From positions 43,468 through 107,467 of the forward strand of contig CAYLWC010000003.1 of the NCBI GenBank assembly GCA_964387265.1: a stretch of DNA of 64,000 bases, given 5' to 3'. Made by a program: the position numbers and the translations under genes. The notes below the pieces were generated by a model. That model saw only the letters and a list, made by a program, of their open reading frames with translations. It was not told where the DNA came from and searched no databases. The DNA comes from an uncultured Vampirovibrionales bacterium (GTDB lineage Bacteria > Cyanobacteriota > Vampirovibrionia > Vampirovibrionales > Vampirovibrionaceae). Each line of letters opens with the position of its first letter. Position 1 is the first letter of the stretch. This document shows, in pieces, positions 7,613 to 17,562 of the stretch.

Positions 7613-10189
7613 ATGGCTATCAATTCGTCTTTTACGCTTTTAAACACTTTTCAAACCGGCAGTCTGATGCAATCTGCCAGCGCCGCCCAAACGGCTGCTT
7701 CTGTTTCTGTTGCCTCCGATGTGTTTGAGCTGAGCTCGGATCAACGTTGGGTGACCTGGAACAAGAACACCCGGCCCGACAAAATTGCTTATAAGGGCAA
7801 TATCTATGAGTATGAAAAAACCCAAGACGACGGGACGTTAAGATACTATGCGATTAATGCCAACAAATTACCGCAAGGGTCCCGCCGCCTGCGTATTAGC
7901 TTTACCGGTGATACCCGAAAAGCTGTGATTGGCTATGAAACCGAACGGGTCCAAGTAGGTACCGAGCAGGTTCAAATTGGGACCGAACAGGTTCAGGTCG
8001 GTACCAAGCAAGTCCAAACTGGAACCGAACTGGTCATTACCGGATATAACCAGGTTCAGACTGGAACCGAGCAGGTCCAGGTTGGAACCGAAAGTGTATT
8101 AACAGGTTATAAACAGGTTCAGGTCGGTACTGAGCAATTCCTGAAAGGGTATGAACAAGTTCAAGTAGGAACTGAGCAGGTTCAGGTAGGCACCGAGCAA
8201 GTGCAGGTGGGTACCGAACAGGTTCAAGTCGGTGAGCGCATTGTGGGTTATAACACCATCACCGAACAAGTTTCCCTTAAGCTCAGCCGCGAGCTGGATG
8301 GACGTGAAAACGCCGGTGCCATTGGGGATATGCTGAATCGAGGCACCCAACAGTTATCCGATGCCAATCAGTTCTTTTCAGGTGACAAGTTCAACATTTA
8401 CAAAGTCAGCAATTTGCTTGGCGAGGACAACCAGGCTATTTCCGGGGAAATCGACCCGCTGAGCGATATCAAATGCGCCGATGATATGTATGTGGCCGGG
8501 GATCCCCTGGTTGGCGGCAAGGGCAATAATTATGCCCCCGTGGATGTGAACCCGCAAACCGGTTACCTGACCATGTTTGAGGATGGCGCGGACAATGGAC
8601 GCAAAATTACGATTAACGCCCATGCCGATATTATCAACCCGGACGGCAACAAGGCCTTTACGGAATACGGGTTCGTGATTCAGGATGATAACCTGGAGAA
8701 AACCAAGGCGGTGTTATCCGGTGGGAAGCTGACCATTACCGCACCGAATGGCCAAACCCGGACCTTGCTGCCTGGTGAAGAGTATGTGATAGGCAATAGC
8801 GCCGACCCAACCGCCAAGTTCTACTATGCCAGTGTACCGGGCGGGGAAAATGGTGCCAACGAGCAACGTCTGATTTTTGAATCCTATGAAAAGCCCAGCC
8901 AGGCTGTGATTGATGAACTGGTGGCGAAAGGTATGGACCCCGTCCAGGCTGCGGCTTACCGGGCTAAAACCCAAGCTAGCTTTGGCTTCCGAGTGCCGGA
9001 TGGTCAGGGTTCCTACAGAATGTCTGCCGGGGTGGGCGCAGGAAACGCCTTATCAACCACCTCAAATGGTGTAAAAACATACTACGACGCTCACTTTAAC
9101 GAAGCCAACTGTCAGGATATCTGCTTTGACAAAGTGACCTACGAGCCGATTAAAGAGCCGGTATACGAAAACCGCCCGATCTATGGCGAACGTCCGGTAT
9201 ACGAACAGCGCCCTGTATACGAGAACCGTCCGATCTATGGCGAACGTCCAGTGTACGAACAGCGCCCTGTGTACGAGAACCGTCCGGTGTATGAAGATCG
9301 CCCGGTTTATGAGCAATGCCCCGTCTACGAAGAGCGGCCGGTATATGAAGATCGCCCGATTTATGAGCAATGCCCCATCTACGAAGAGCGGCCGGTGTAT
9401 GAAGAGTGTCCGATTTATGAAGAGCGGCCCATCTACAAAGAAAAGCCCGTCTATGAAGATCGCCAGAAGCCAATTTACGGGAAAGAATATAAAATTAAGC
9501 CCTCATTGGCCTCCCCGCTGGTCCTGGATCTGGATGGCGACGGCATCACCACCACCGATGTAAGCAAAGTGATTGATATTGATGGTGATGGCATCTTGGA
9601 TAAGTCGGCCTGGTTTGGTCCTCGTGAAGGGGTCCTGGCCTTCGACGCCAACCGGAATGGTCGGATTGACCTCAACGGCCTGGAACTCTTTGGGAACCAC
9701 AGTGACGTTGATGGTGATGGAAAACCTGATAACCACGAGAACGGTTTTGATGCCCTGAAGGCCTTTGCGGCCCGTCATCTGGGCCAGGCAGCCGTAGCCG
9801 ATAACCAACTGGATGCCGCTGAACTTCAGGCCCTGGAAAACCAAGCCGGTCTGCGGATGGTTGTAGGCAACCAGGTGCACAAGGTTTCCAGCTTCGGTAT
9901 TAACCAGATCAACCTGAATTATCAGGAAACCAACATTCAGGATCAGTTTGGGAACGAAACCCGTCAGGTATCCAGCTTCAAGCGGACCCTGAGCAACGGC
10001 CAGACTGTTACCCGGGATATCAATGATATCTGGTTGGTTAACACCCCAATGGATACCCAGCCACAGTCTGTGAATAAGCCTGCTCAGAGCCGGGCTCCCC
10101 AGCAACAACAGCCGATGGCTTTCGGGAACCTCTTCCAGCAGTTGTTTAATCTGTTCCAGCAATTGTTGATGCAGATGTCCCGGATGTAA
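7613..10189 (+). CDS. Large repeat-containing, probably secreted/surface calcium-binding protein (VQVGTEQ heptads, RPVYE hexads, DxDGDG loops, Gln-rich C-terminus)
   Basis: ATG at 7613 after a GAGGGA RBS and a 270 bp AT-rich leader. Tandem 21 bp and 18 bp DNA repeats encode the peptide repeats. Three DLDGDG/DIDGDG/DVDGDG motifs. Confidence 0.75.
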   Translation: MAINSSFTLLNTFQTGSLMQSASAAQTAASVSVASDVFELSSDQRWVTWNKNTRPDKIAYKGNIYEYEKTQDDGTLRYYAINANKLPQGSRRLRISFTGDTRKAVIGYETERVQVGTEQVQIGTEQVQVGTKQVQTGTELVITGYNQVQTGTEQVQVGTESVLTGYKQVQVGTEQFLKGYEQVQVGTEQVQVGTEQVQVGTEQVQVGERIVGYNTITEQVSLKLSRELDGRENAGAIGDMLNRGTQQLSDANQFFSGDKFNIYKVSNLLGEDNQAISGEIDPLSDIKCADDMYVAGDPLVGGKGNNYAPVDVNPQTGYLTMFEDGADNGRKITINAHADIINPDGNKAFTEYGFVIQDDNLEKTKAVLSGGKLTITAPNGQTRTLLPGEEYVIGNSADPTAKFYYASVPGGENGANEQRLIFESYEKPSQAVIDELVAKGMDPVQAAAYRAKTQASFGFRVPDGQGSYRMSAGVGAGNALSTTSNGVKTYYDAHFNEANCQDICFDKVTYEPIKEPVYENRPIYGERPVYEQRPVYENRPIYGERPVYEQRPVYENRPVYEDRPVYEQCPVYEERPVYEDRPIYEQCPIYEERPVYEECPIYEERPIYKEKPVYEDRQKPIYGKEYKIKPSLASPLVLDLDGDGITTTDVSKVIDIDGDGILDKSAWFGPREGVLAFDANRNGRIDLNGLELFGNHSDVDGDGKPDNHENGFDALKAFAARHLGQAAVADNQLDAAELQALENQAGLRMVVGNQVHKVSSFGINQINLNYQETNIQDQFGNETRQVSSFKRTLSNGQTVTRDINDIWLVNTPMDTQPQSVNKPAQSRAPQQQQPMAFGNLFQQLFNLFQQLLMQMSRM

Positions 10190-10216
10190 TCCACAAACTT
10201 CAGTGAGATCAGTAGG

Positions 10217-10252
10217 TGATACGGTGGTGCTTCGGCGCCACCGTTTTAATCT
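10217..10252 (+). terminator. Intrinsic terminator after the repeat-protein gene
   Basis: ACGGTGGTGC-TTCG-GCGCCACCGT hairpin followed by TTTTAATCT. Confidence 0.55.
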
Positions 10253-11385
10253 GTGGGCTTTATAGAAGACGAGATCATTTGTCCCGCTGCCTGTTCCAGC
10301 GTGCCAATGGCTTCCTGATAACTGCTGAGGGCTTGATCATACTTTTTCCGAAGTTCCAGGCGCATCAGAAGATCTTGATGGGTAAAAGACGTTTTTTTGG
10401 CTTGAGCAGACGCAAACAGGAACGGTTGATATTGCGCCATGATCTGCTGCTGAACCTCCAATTGCTTCAGGGCTTGTCGAATCTCAAGTTCCCTCTGGCG
10501 TTCCTGGGATTGACGAGCAGTCTGTAATTGGGCTTGCCGTGTTTTGGCGGCCCGTATTTCTCCTTGTTGCCGGTTAAACAAGGGAATTTCCATGGCGGCG
10601 ATGATAAAGGCATTGATATCAGTGGTATCACCAAAGACCATGTCCGGCCCGGCAGCCAGTATTAAATTGGGGATGCGTTCCGCCTGGGCGGCTTTGACTT
10701 CCGCTTCCGCCAGCCGAAGTGTCAGGGGTTTTGCAGGACGCCCAGCAACTGTAAAGTCAGCCTTGGAGTAAATATCAACTGGCGGATGGAGAAGCTGCCA
10801 CGGTGTCTCCAGGGGCTGGCCCAGCAGATAGTTTAACTGATACTGGGCCTGCTCGGCGTCTGTCTGGGACAGGAGATATTGCCGGTTCAGTTCCGCAAGC
10901 TGCAGTTTTTCTTTTACTGTCTGTACTGTATGGGGCAAAGATGGGGGATGCGTTTTAAACTGTTGAAAAACCAGAAGGCGTTGCTGAGCAATGTAGAGTT
11001 GGGTATAGGCCCGGCGAACCTGATGTCGAATTGTGAGTTGATGCTGTTGGTGGGCGTGTTGGGCTTGCTCTTTTTTAATCTGGGCGATTTCAAGGCGATG
11101 CTTTCGTTTTCCTCCCAGGGGGATGGTTTGTTCAATGCCGATTCGATAGGTGTCTTCCGCAATTCCGTTGTCACTGAGCAAAACAGGATTGGGAAAGGCT
11201 TTGGCTTTCAGGATTTCAGCGTCTGCAATGGCGGTATCAAAGTGGGTCATTTCTAAATCCGGGTTGTGCAATAAGGCCAGCTGAAACGCCCGCTCCAGGC
11301 TGAGCGGTTGTTGAGCGTACCCAGTTGAGGCCCCCCACAGAAGACATAGTAGCATGCATGTAAATAGCATAGATCCGTGTTTCAC
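10246..11385 (-). CDS. Outer membrane efflux protein (TolC/OEP family)
   Basis: Signal peptide, ERAFQLALLHNPDL OEP signature, coiled-coil-rich alpha-barrel repeats. Confidence 0.8.
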   Translation of the reverse strand: MKHGSMLFTCMLLCLLWGASTGYAQQPLSLERAFQLALLHNPDLEMTHFDTAIADAEILKAKAFPNPVLLSDNGIAEDTYRIGIEQTIPLGGKRKHRLEIAQIKKEQAQHAHQQHQLTIRHQVRRAYTQLYIAQQRLLVFQQFKTHPPSLPHTVQTVKEKLQLAELNRQYLLSQTDAEQAQYQLNYLLGQPLETPWQLLHPPVDIYSKADFTVAGRPAKPLTLRLAEAEVKAAQAERIPNLILAAGPDMVFGDTTDINAFIIAAMEIPLFNRQQGEIRAAKTRQAQLQTARQSQERQRELEIRQALKQLEVQQQIMAQYQPFLFASAQAKKTSFTHQDLLMRLELRKKYDQALSSYQEAIGTLEQAAGQMISSSIKPTD

Positions 11386-11483
11386 CGGAAAGCCCCTCGA
11401 TGTAGCGATTACTTTGATAGGCCCTTTCTACCACGGAGAAAAGGCTGAAACAAGGTACAAATGGCTAAGATTGTGAAGGTTCT

Positions 11484-13040
11484 CTAGGGCTTTTTATTAT
11501 GCCAGACTACGCTGTAGAGATCATGGCGGCGGTCTTTGATGTTCATGACCGTGCCGGAATTGCGGGCCTTAAATAAGCTCCCCAGCCGGAGATCGGCAAA
11601 GGCAACCATTTCCACATTGGGGGTGGTATCAGCGGCGATGCCGTCTCGGGAGAAATAAAAGTCACAAGGCGTCAGAATACAGCTTTGGGCGTATTGGATG
11701 TCCATATTGTACACCCTGGGCAGGTTCCCTACATTTCCCGACATGACCACGTAGCACTGGTTCTCAACGGCCCTGGCTTGGGCCGAATACCGGACTCGTA
11801 AATACCCTTGACGCTCATCGGTGCAGAAGGGGACAAACAAAATATTAGCCCCCTGGTCAATTAAATGGCGAGCCAACTCCGGGAACTCGCAGTCATAACA
11901 AATTAAGACGCCCACTGGACCACAATCGGTATCAATGACATTCAACTGATCCCCGCCCTCGATATTCCACCAGTAGCGCTCACTGGGTGTGGGGTGGATT
12001 TTCGGCTGTTCATGCACGGAACCATCTCTGAGGCAGATAAAGGTAATATTTTGAATTGCCCCGCCCTTTACTTTCGTGGGATGGGATCCGGCGATGATAT
12101 TTACGTTATATTTGATGGCTAGACGTTTAAAGAGTTCTTTAATCTGATCGGTATACTCGGTGAGACGGTCAATGGCTTTTTCTGGCGGAAGCGGATCGTT
12201 TTCAATGGAAAGCAATTGCAAGGTAAAGAGTTCCGGGAAGACCACAAAATCCGATTCATAATCAGAAACGACATCCACAAAATAGGTTACAATCTGTTCA
12301 AACTCTTCAAAAGAACTAATTTTCCGTTGCTCATACTGGACCGTGGCCAGGCGGATTGAATCTGGGGTCCGGTTAGAACGATGCTCTCTTAATTGGGCAT
12401 CATGGGGGATTTCGGGATTCCGCCAAAGCATGTGGGTGGCATACCCCAGAGATTCTTTATCACTGGGCATGTAGTTTTCCAGAATGCCAATCACTTCAAA
12501 ATCTTGTTTAATTTGGAAAGTCAGAATCGGGTCCCGAATTTTTCGTGCCTGAACCTGCTCAATATAATTTTCAACGGTTCCAGCTTTTTTGATTCGGCTA
12601 TGGAGCAGCGGTAAGCGTCCGCCAAAAACAATGCCTTTCAGCCGCAGGTTCTGGCAGAGGTTTTTCCGTTCCCGGTAAAACCGCTCACCGATCCGTAACC
12701 CCCGATAATCTTCATCCACAAAGACTTCCATGCCATAGAGATAATCCCCATCCGGCAGGTGGGTGGTTCCATAGCCATTGCCGGTAATTTCCCGCCAGTT
12801 GTGTTTGCTGAAGGCCATCTTTTCCGTAACCCGGATGGATGCGCAATAGCCTACCACATCGCCCTCATAAATGGCTACAAATTGGCCTTCAGGGAAATTA
12901 TTGATCTGCCCCCGCAAGACTGGCTTGGAATAGGGGGGGATATTCTTGTAGACTTTTTCGGAGAGGGCTTGAATCTGATCAATATCTGAGGTTTTTGCGT
13001 TTCGAATGGTCAGGACAGGCTTTTTACCCGTTTTTTTCAT
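11484..13040 (-). CDS. Bifunctional GNAT N-acetyltransferase / carbon-nitrogen hydrolase (nitrilase superfamily) protein
   Basis: N-terminal GNAT region (YRGLRIGERF). C-terminal CN-hydrolase with catalytic-triad context FPELF...K...LICYDCEFPE. Confidence 0.8.
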   Translation of the reverse strand: MKKTGKKPVLTIRNAKTSDIDQIQALSEKVYKNIPPYSKPVLRGQINNFPEGQFVAIYEGDVVGYCASIRVTEKMAFSKHNWREITGNGYGTTHLPDGDYLYGMEVFVDEDYRGLRIGERFYRERKNLCQNLRLKGIVFGGRLPLLHSRIKKAGTVENYIEQVQARKIRDPILTFQIKQDFEVIGILENYMPSDKESLGYATHMLWRNPEIPHDAQLREHRSNRTPDSIRLATVQYEQRKISSFEEFEQIVTYFVDVVSDYESDFVVFPELFTLQLLSIENDPLPPEKAIDRLTEYTDQIKELFKRLAIKYNVNIIAGSHPTKVKGGAIQNITFICLRDGSVHEQPKIHPTPSERYWWNIEGGDQLNVIDTDCGPVGVLICYDCEFPELARHLIDQGANILFVPFCTDERQGYLRVRYSAQARAVENQCYVVMSGNVGNLPRVYNMDIQYAQSCILTPCDFYFSRDGIAADTTPNVEMVAFADLRLGSLFKARNSGTVMNIKDRRHDLYSVVWHNKKP

Positions 13041-13084
13041 GGCGATTCCTTTAAGTTTTTAATGCTTTGGCATGTTTTATGGGG

Positions 13085-13696
13085 CTAAAGGGCTTTGAGC
13101 CAAAAGGCCAGTGTGTGTTCTTGCTCAATGATAGAGCCATCGGGTTGGATGGTGGGCCACTGGTAATATATTAACAAATCCTTCCGTTGCTGAAAGCCCA
13201 TGGACTGCCAATAAGGGGCTGGATCATAATACACGTCGGGCCGTTGGGGATCTTGTTCTGGTTTCAGTATGGCAGCAAAACAGACGGTTTGATATCCCAG
13301 ACTTTTGGCATAACTTTCTCGCAGTCGGTAAAACTGCTTGGCGATACCTTGTCCCCGGTAACGGGGCTTCACCAGAATCTCGCTGTAGTAAAACACGGTT
13401 TCAGGGACAATGCCATGATCGGAAAATAATGAAGCCGCTCCTTCCAGAATATCGGCTTCGCTCTGTAACGGTAAGGCGGTGGCTACCCCAATGATCTGAT
13501 CGTGATCCGTATCTGTGGCGATGAGAACAAGAGCATGTGTTTCTGTCAGAAATCCTTGAAGGTAATGTTGTTCATACGTCAAATTCCCTTTGTAGAGGTA
13601 GGGGTACTCCTGAAACACCTCAATCCGCATGGTGGCGATGTCTGGAATATAACCAGCGATTTGTGGGTTTGGGATGTGCTGAACCTGGATGGTCAT
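13085..13696 (-). CDS. GNAT family N-acetyltransferase
   Basis: RYRGQGIAKQFY acetyl-CoA binding motif. Confidence 0.75.
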   Translation of the reverse strand: MTIQVQHIPNPQIAGYIPDIATMRIEVFQEYPYLYKGNLTYEQHYLQGFLTETHALVLIATDTDHDQIIGVATALPLQSEADILEGAASLFSDHGIVPETVFYYSEILVKPRYRGQGIAKQFYRLRESYAKSLGYQTVCFAAILKPEQDPQRPDVYYDPAPYWQSMGFQQRKDLLIYYQWPTIQPDGSIIEQEHTLAFWLKAL

Positions 13697-13705
13697 GGTT
13701 TTTCT

Positions 13706-15643
13706 TTATTCAGGATGGGTGCTTGGAGTTCTCTCCAATACCAATAATTCTTGGAATTGCGCGATGGCTTGATAGTGTTTTTGAAGATACTCTTGGATGC
13801 TTTGTTGTATGGGTGAGAAAAAAGGTTTGTGGGTTTGGGCCAGAATATAACGAACCTGATGCTTTTCAAGCGCTTGAATGATATCCGATCCGTCTGTGCC
13901 TCGGCTCAGATAGTGGTAATCGTACTTTGTCGGGTTGATGTGTTGTGTGAAATAGTATAGCTCCGCATAGGAATCCGCAAGAATATAGAGATCATCCGCG
14001 CGCTTGCTGAATTGCTGAATGAAAATTAAGGGCTGGGCGAGCTGCTCGTATTGATTTTTAGTCACGATAATCTGCTCCCGCTGGATGGGGAGTTGGTACT
14101 GGTAAGCGTGTAATGGATTCTGAACCCACTGTTGCCAATGGTCGGAGGTAAAAGAATAAGCGTTGAGAATACCCAAAGCCAGCCAATTCGATAAAATAAG
14201 CGCGACCCCAAATTTTCCGACAGTTTGTCCATGTTGCGCAAAAACAAAACAGAGATAAACCAGCAAGATGGCTAGGGGGGCAAAGTTGGTGGCAAAGTAG
14301 GGTGTGGCAAAGACCGGGTAGGTATTCCAGAAGCACAATATGCCATAAATGAGTAAATAGACGGCTAGCCAGGGATGCCGTGTGCTCTGCCTATCCTTTA
14401 GCTGGGGCCATATCAACAGCAATGTCCCAAACATAATCCAGATTGGCAGCTGGAGAAGGATGAGCCAAGAAACAAAATTCCACTGATGATAGTCTTGGAT
14501 CTGCAAAAGCAGATAGCACCATATCAGCAGAACGAGACAAGCAGCCCAGCGGATATTCTTGAGCCACAATAAACATCCGGCAACAGTTAACCCAATAAAA
14601 ACAGCGCTGTTTTTTCCCAGGGAAAGCATGTAGTCCTGGAAAAAAATATCCAGCAGAACCGATGGTACCCGAATGAGGCTGTTTTCAAGAAAATGCAGAG
14701 CCTCCCCTTGAAGGAGAAAAGGGATTAAATAGAGAAAAACTGTGAATGCCCCACCCAGCATAAAAACCTGAATATCTTTTGCAAACTGGCTGAAGCGGAA
14801 GGATGTTCGGGTCATTTGCCGGAAAATCATGTAAATGATCATCAGAACAGGCAGTAGATAAATCAGGAAAAGGTGCAATGACATGCTCTTGGAAAAAATC
14901 AGGAATGCGCTGAGCGGGATCAGAACAAGGAGGCTGTAGGCGTATAGTTGCCCCAGTCGGTGCATTCGAGAGGGTGATGGATGGGTGTGTGTGGGGTGTT
15001 GTAAGTGGGCCAACATGAGGATCAGGAAAAAACTGAACGCGGAGTAAAGCCCCACGGTTTGCTTCATCAAAAAGCTGATCCCAACCAGTACGCCAGCTCC
15101 AAGAAACCACCCCCACCGATGTCGAATGGAGCCATCTGAAAGTGGGCGAGTCCATACCAGAAAGGCGAAAAAGGAAAAAAATAAAGCATACCAATTGGCG
15201 CCGACAGCGGGATATAAAGACAGGGTTGTGGCCAGGACGAACAGTGTGGTTAGGTGAGCCCAGAAAGGGTTCATCAGTTTTTTGGCAAGATGAAACACGC
15301 TCAAGAGAAAAAGAACAATGAGACATAACAAGCCCACCCGGATCGAAAAAACGCTGGTGCCGAGAACTTTCAACCAGAGGGCGTTATAGAAAACCGTCCC
15401 GCCCAGGTAGGCGCAGATGTAATCTACATTGGGCAATAACCCCTGAAGCAGTCGCTCGGACTGCAAGGCAAACAGGCCTTCCTCATCCTGAAGGCCGACG
15501 CGGAACAGGGGTAAGAAATAACCCAGCGGCAGCAATACCCAAAGCAGGTAATGAAACCACGTAAGTATAGGGGTGACCCGTTGCTGGTGCCGTGAAAAAA
15601 ACTCTGGTAAACCCACAGAAAACGCCTTCCACTCAAAAAGCAT
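13706..15643 (-). CDS. Polytopic membrane glycosyltransferase, GT-C/GT39 (ArnT/PMT)-like
   Basis: More than 12 TM helices. N-terminal extracytoplasmic DEE loop and a roughly 190 aa C-terminal soluble domain. Family assignment is by architecture only. Confidence 0.5.
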   Translation of the reverse strand: MLFEWKAFSVGLPEFFSRHQQRVTPILTWFHYLLWVLLPLGYFLPLFRVGLQDEEGLFALQSERLLQGLLPNVDYICAYLGGTVFYNALWLKVLGTSVFSIRVGLLCLIVLFLLSVFHLAKKLMNPFWAHLTTLFVLATTLSLYPAVGANWYALFFSFFAFLVWTRPLSDGSIRHRWGWFLGAGVLVGISFLMKQTVGLYSAFSFFLILMLAHLQHPTHTHPSPSRMHRLGQLYAYSLLVLIPLSAFLIFSKSMSLHLFLIYLLPVLMIIYMIFRQMTRTSFRFSQFAKDIQVFMLGGAFTVFLYLIPFLLQGEALHFLENSLIRVPSVLLDIFFQDYMLSLGKNSAVFIGLTVAGCLLWLKNIRWAACLVLLIWCYLLLQIQDYHQWNFVSWLILLQLPIWIMFGTLLLIWPQLKDRQSTRHPWLAVYLLIYGILCFWNTYPVFATPYFATNFAPLAILLVYLCFVFAQHGQTVGKFGVALILSNWLALGILNAYSFTSDHWQQWVQNPLHAYQYQLPIQREQIIVTKNQYEQLAQPLIFIQQFSKRADDLYILADSYAELYYFTQHINPTKYDYHYLSRGTDGSDIIQALEKHQVRYILAQTHKPFFSPIQQSIQEYLQKHYQAIAQFQELLVLERTPSTHPE

Positions 15644-15680
15644 CTGTTTTCATTATACGGGGGCTATGCTATCGGGGCCA

Positions 15681-17435
15681 TTACCAGTGGGTCAAAAACG
15701 AGGCTTTCCAAAGCTGGTTGTTGGCAAGGTGCTGATGAAACTGGGCTTTTTCCGTCATCTGCTCTTTTGGGGTGAGTGCTTTCTCCTGGGTCAGCATGGT
15801 CAAGGTCGATTGAACGACCTGCTCGAGCGCTGTGTCTGGAAGCGGAAACAGGTCCAGTTGCAGGGATTCAATCAGGATATCCATCAAGGTTTCCGCTTGC
15901 TCATGCTGAAGGGCGTACTGAACTTGGGCCCGAATAAAGGGCACGTCAGGAGCCAGTCGCTGTTTCAGTTCCGGGTGGGTGCGGGTCAGTTCCAGGACTT
16001 TTTTATATTGCGAGCCATAACGATCCACAAGCTGCCGGACCACGTCGGTTTCAATCTGGTATTCCAAAGCAGCTTTGGGGACTTGTTCCTGCAGATAGGT
16101 GGGCCAATCCCGAATCTGGCGACTTCCAGGCAAAGGCCTGCGCAGGGTGGGGGATTTTTTTTGAATGGGGAGAACCGAGGTCAGTTGGTTCGCGACCTCA
16201 TCGGCTAAACTACGCTGGGTGGTTAATTTACCCCCGATGATATGGAAAACCCGGCTTTGATCTTTTTTCAGGATGATATGACGTCGGGTCACTTCTCGTG
16301 CGGATTTATCGCTTTTGGGAAGGGGGCGGAACCCGGCGTAAGCGGAAAGCACCTGATCCGGTGAGAGGTTCAATCCGGGAAAGCGCCGGTTGCTTGATTC
16401 CAACAGGTACTCTACCTCTTCCCATGTCGGGTAGGGGCTGGTCCATTCCTTGTCATCGGTGGTACCGATCAGCAGGTAGGGAGTGGCTTCCCCGTCTGAT
16501 TGAATGGGAAAAGGAATGATGAAAAACGGCCTGTCATCCACCGTGCTGGAATACATGGCATGCTTGAGCCCGAGTGTATTTTGAACCAGAATGTGGGTGC
16601 CTTTGGTAGGGCCCATCTGCGATTCTGGTTTCCACTGGGACTCGGTCGCCTCAATCACCTCATCCACCTTGGGACCTGCGGCATTGATGACGTACTTGGC
16701 TTTGACCTGATAGGTTTGTTGCGTCAGCAAATCTTTGAAGGTAATGATGGCATGATTCAGGTCCGGGTGTTCCTGGATTTTTACTACTTCGGCATGCCGA
16801 ATGGCATGAACCGGCTGCTTATCCGAATGTTGACTCAAAGCATCCTGGACCGTCTCAATGGTGAGTCGATCCGGGTAGGCTACCTGGGCGTCATAGTACA
16901 GGAACCCCCCCTTGAGCTTGCCTTGATCGGTCAGGCCTGGCGCTAAATCTTGGGTCAGCTCTTTTCGGCTTAAACTGCGGTGACGGGGCAAGCGGCTGGT
17001 CTTTTCCATGATGCCGGTAAACCAGTCATAAAGATTCAATCCGGCTTTCAGCTTCCACCGGGGATGCTTGTCCCCTTCATATACCGGCAGCATCATGCCA
17101 ATGGGGCGAATCAGGTGCTTGGCCAACCGGAGCATTTTTTGCACTTCCCGCCGAGACTCGTAGACCAGAGGTAAATCCAGGTATTCTAAATAACGCAATC
17201 CACCATGGTACAAGCGGGAATTGTTTCGGGTGGGGCGATTGGGCTCGGTTTTACCGATCATGGCAACCGAGGCTCCCCGAAGGGCCAGTTCTCGCAAGAG
17301 GGCACTCCCATTGGCGCCATCGCCAATGATCACCGTATCAAAGACATGGGTTTCCAGTTGTTGCGGAAAAACCCGAGGACGGCGTCCAAATAGCGGAGGT
17401 GAATTGGCGGGGAGTCTGTCCATACGCATGAGCAT
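15681..17435 (-). CDS. glpD: FAD-dependent glycerol-3-phosphate dehydrogenase (GlpD/GlpA family)
   Basis: FAD-binding VIIGDGANGSA and the NSRLYHGGLRYLE signature. The true start may be an internal Met a few codons downstream. Confidence 0.85.
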   Translation of the reverse strand: MLMRMDRLPANSPPLFGRRPRVFPQQLETHVFDTVIIGDGANGSALLRELALRGASVAMIGKTEPNRPTRNNSRLYHGGLRYLEYLDLPLVYESRREVQKMLRLAKHLIRPIGMMLPVYEGDKHPRWKLKAGLNLYDWFTGIMEKTSRLPRHRSLSRKELTQDLAPGLTDQGKLKGGFLYYDAQVAYPDRLTIETVQDALSQHSDKQPVHAIRHAEVVKIQEHPDLNHAIITFKDLLTQQTYQVKAKYVINAAGPKVDEVIEATESQWKPESQMGPTKGTHILVQNTLGLKHAMYSSTVDDRPFFIIPFPIQSDGEATPYLLIGTTDDKEWTSPYPTWEEVEYLLESSNRRFPGLNLSPDQVLSAYAGFRPLPKSDKSAREVTRRHIILKKDQSRVFHIIGGKLTTQRSLADEVANQLTSVLPIQKKSPTLRRPLPGSRQIRDWPTYLQEQVPKAALEYQIETDVVRQLVDRYGSQYKKVLELTRTHPELKQRLAPDVPFIRAQVQYALQHEQAETLMDILIESLQLDLFPLPDTALEQVVQSTLTMLTQEKALTPKEQMTEKAQFHQHLANNQLWKASFLTHW

Positions 17436-17562
17436 GACCTTGCTTCCAACAGAAAGAATTATAGCCCATCGTATTACAAAGGTCGGATGCAGGGGTGGGA
17501 TATTTTCGGATTGTAAACGGGTGAGACTGGATAGGGCAAGCGGTCTGATTTTCTAGAGAAAA

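Noticed and set aside
9503-10162. 219 aa minus-strand ORF antisense to the repeat protein
   Set aside because: It lies entirely antisense within a gene that has clear repeat and domain structure. No RBS and no recognisable domains.
7598-10189. RTX/type I secreted toxin interpretation of the repeat protein
   Set aside because: The DxDGDG loops do not form the GGxGxDxUx nonapeptide tandem arrays typical of RTX proteins. No T1SS genes are adjacent. A generic calcium-binding surface protein is the safer call.
15573-16946. Plus-strand ORFs (211 and 148 aa) antisense to glpD
   Set aside because: They overlap a strongly supported FAD-dependent dehydrogenase gene. No independent support.
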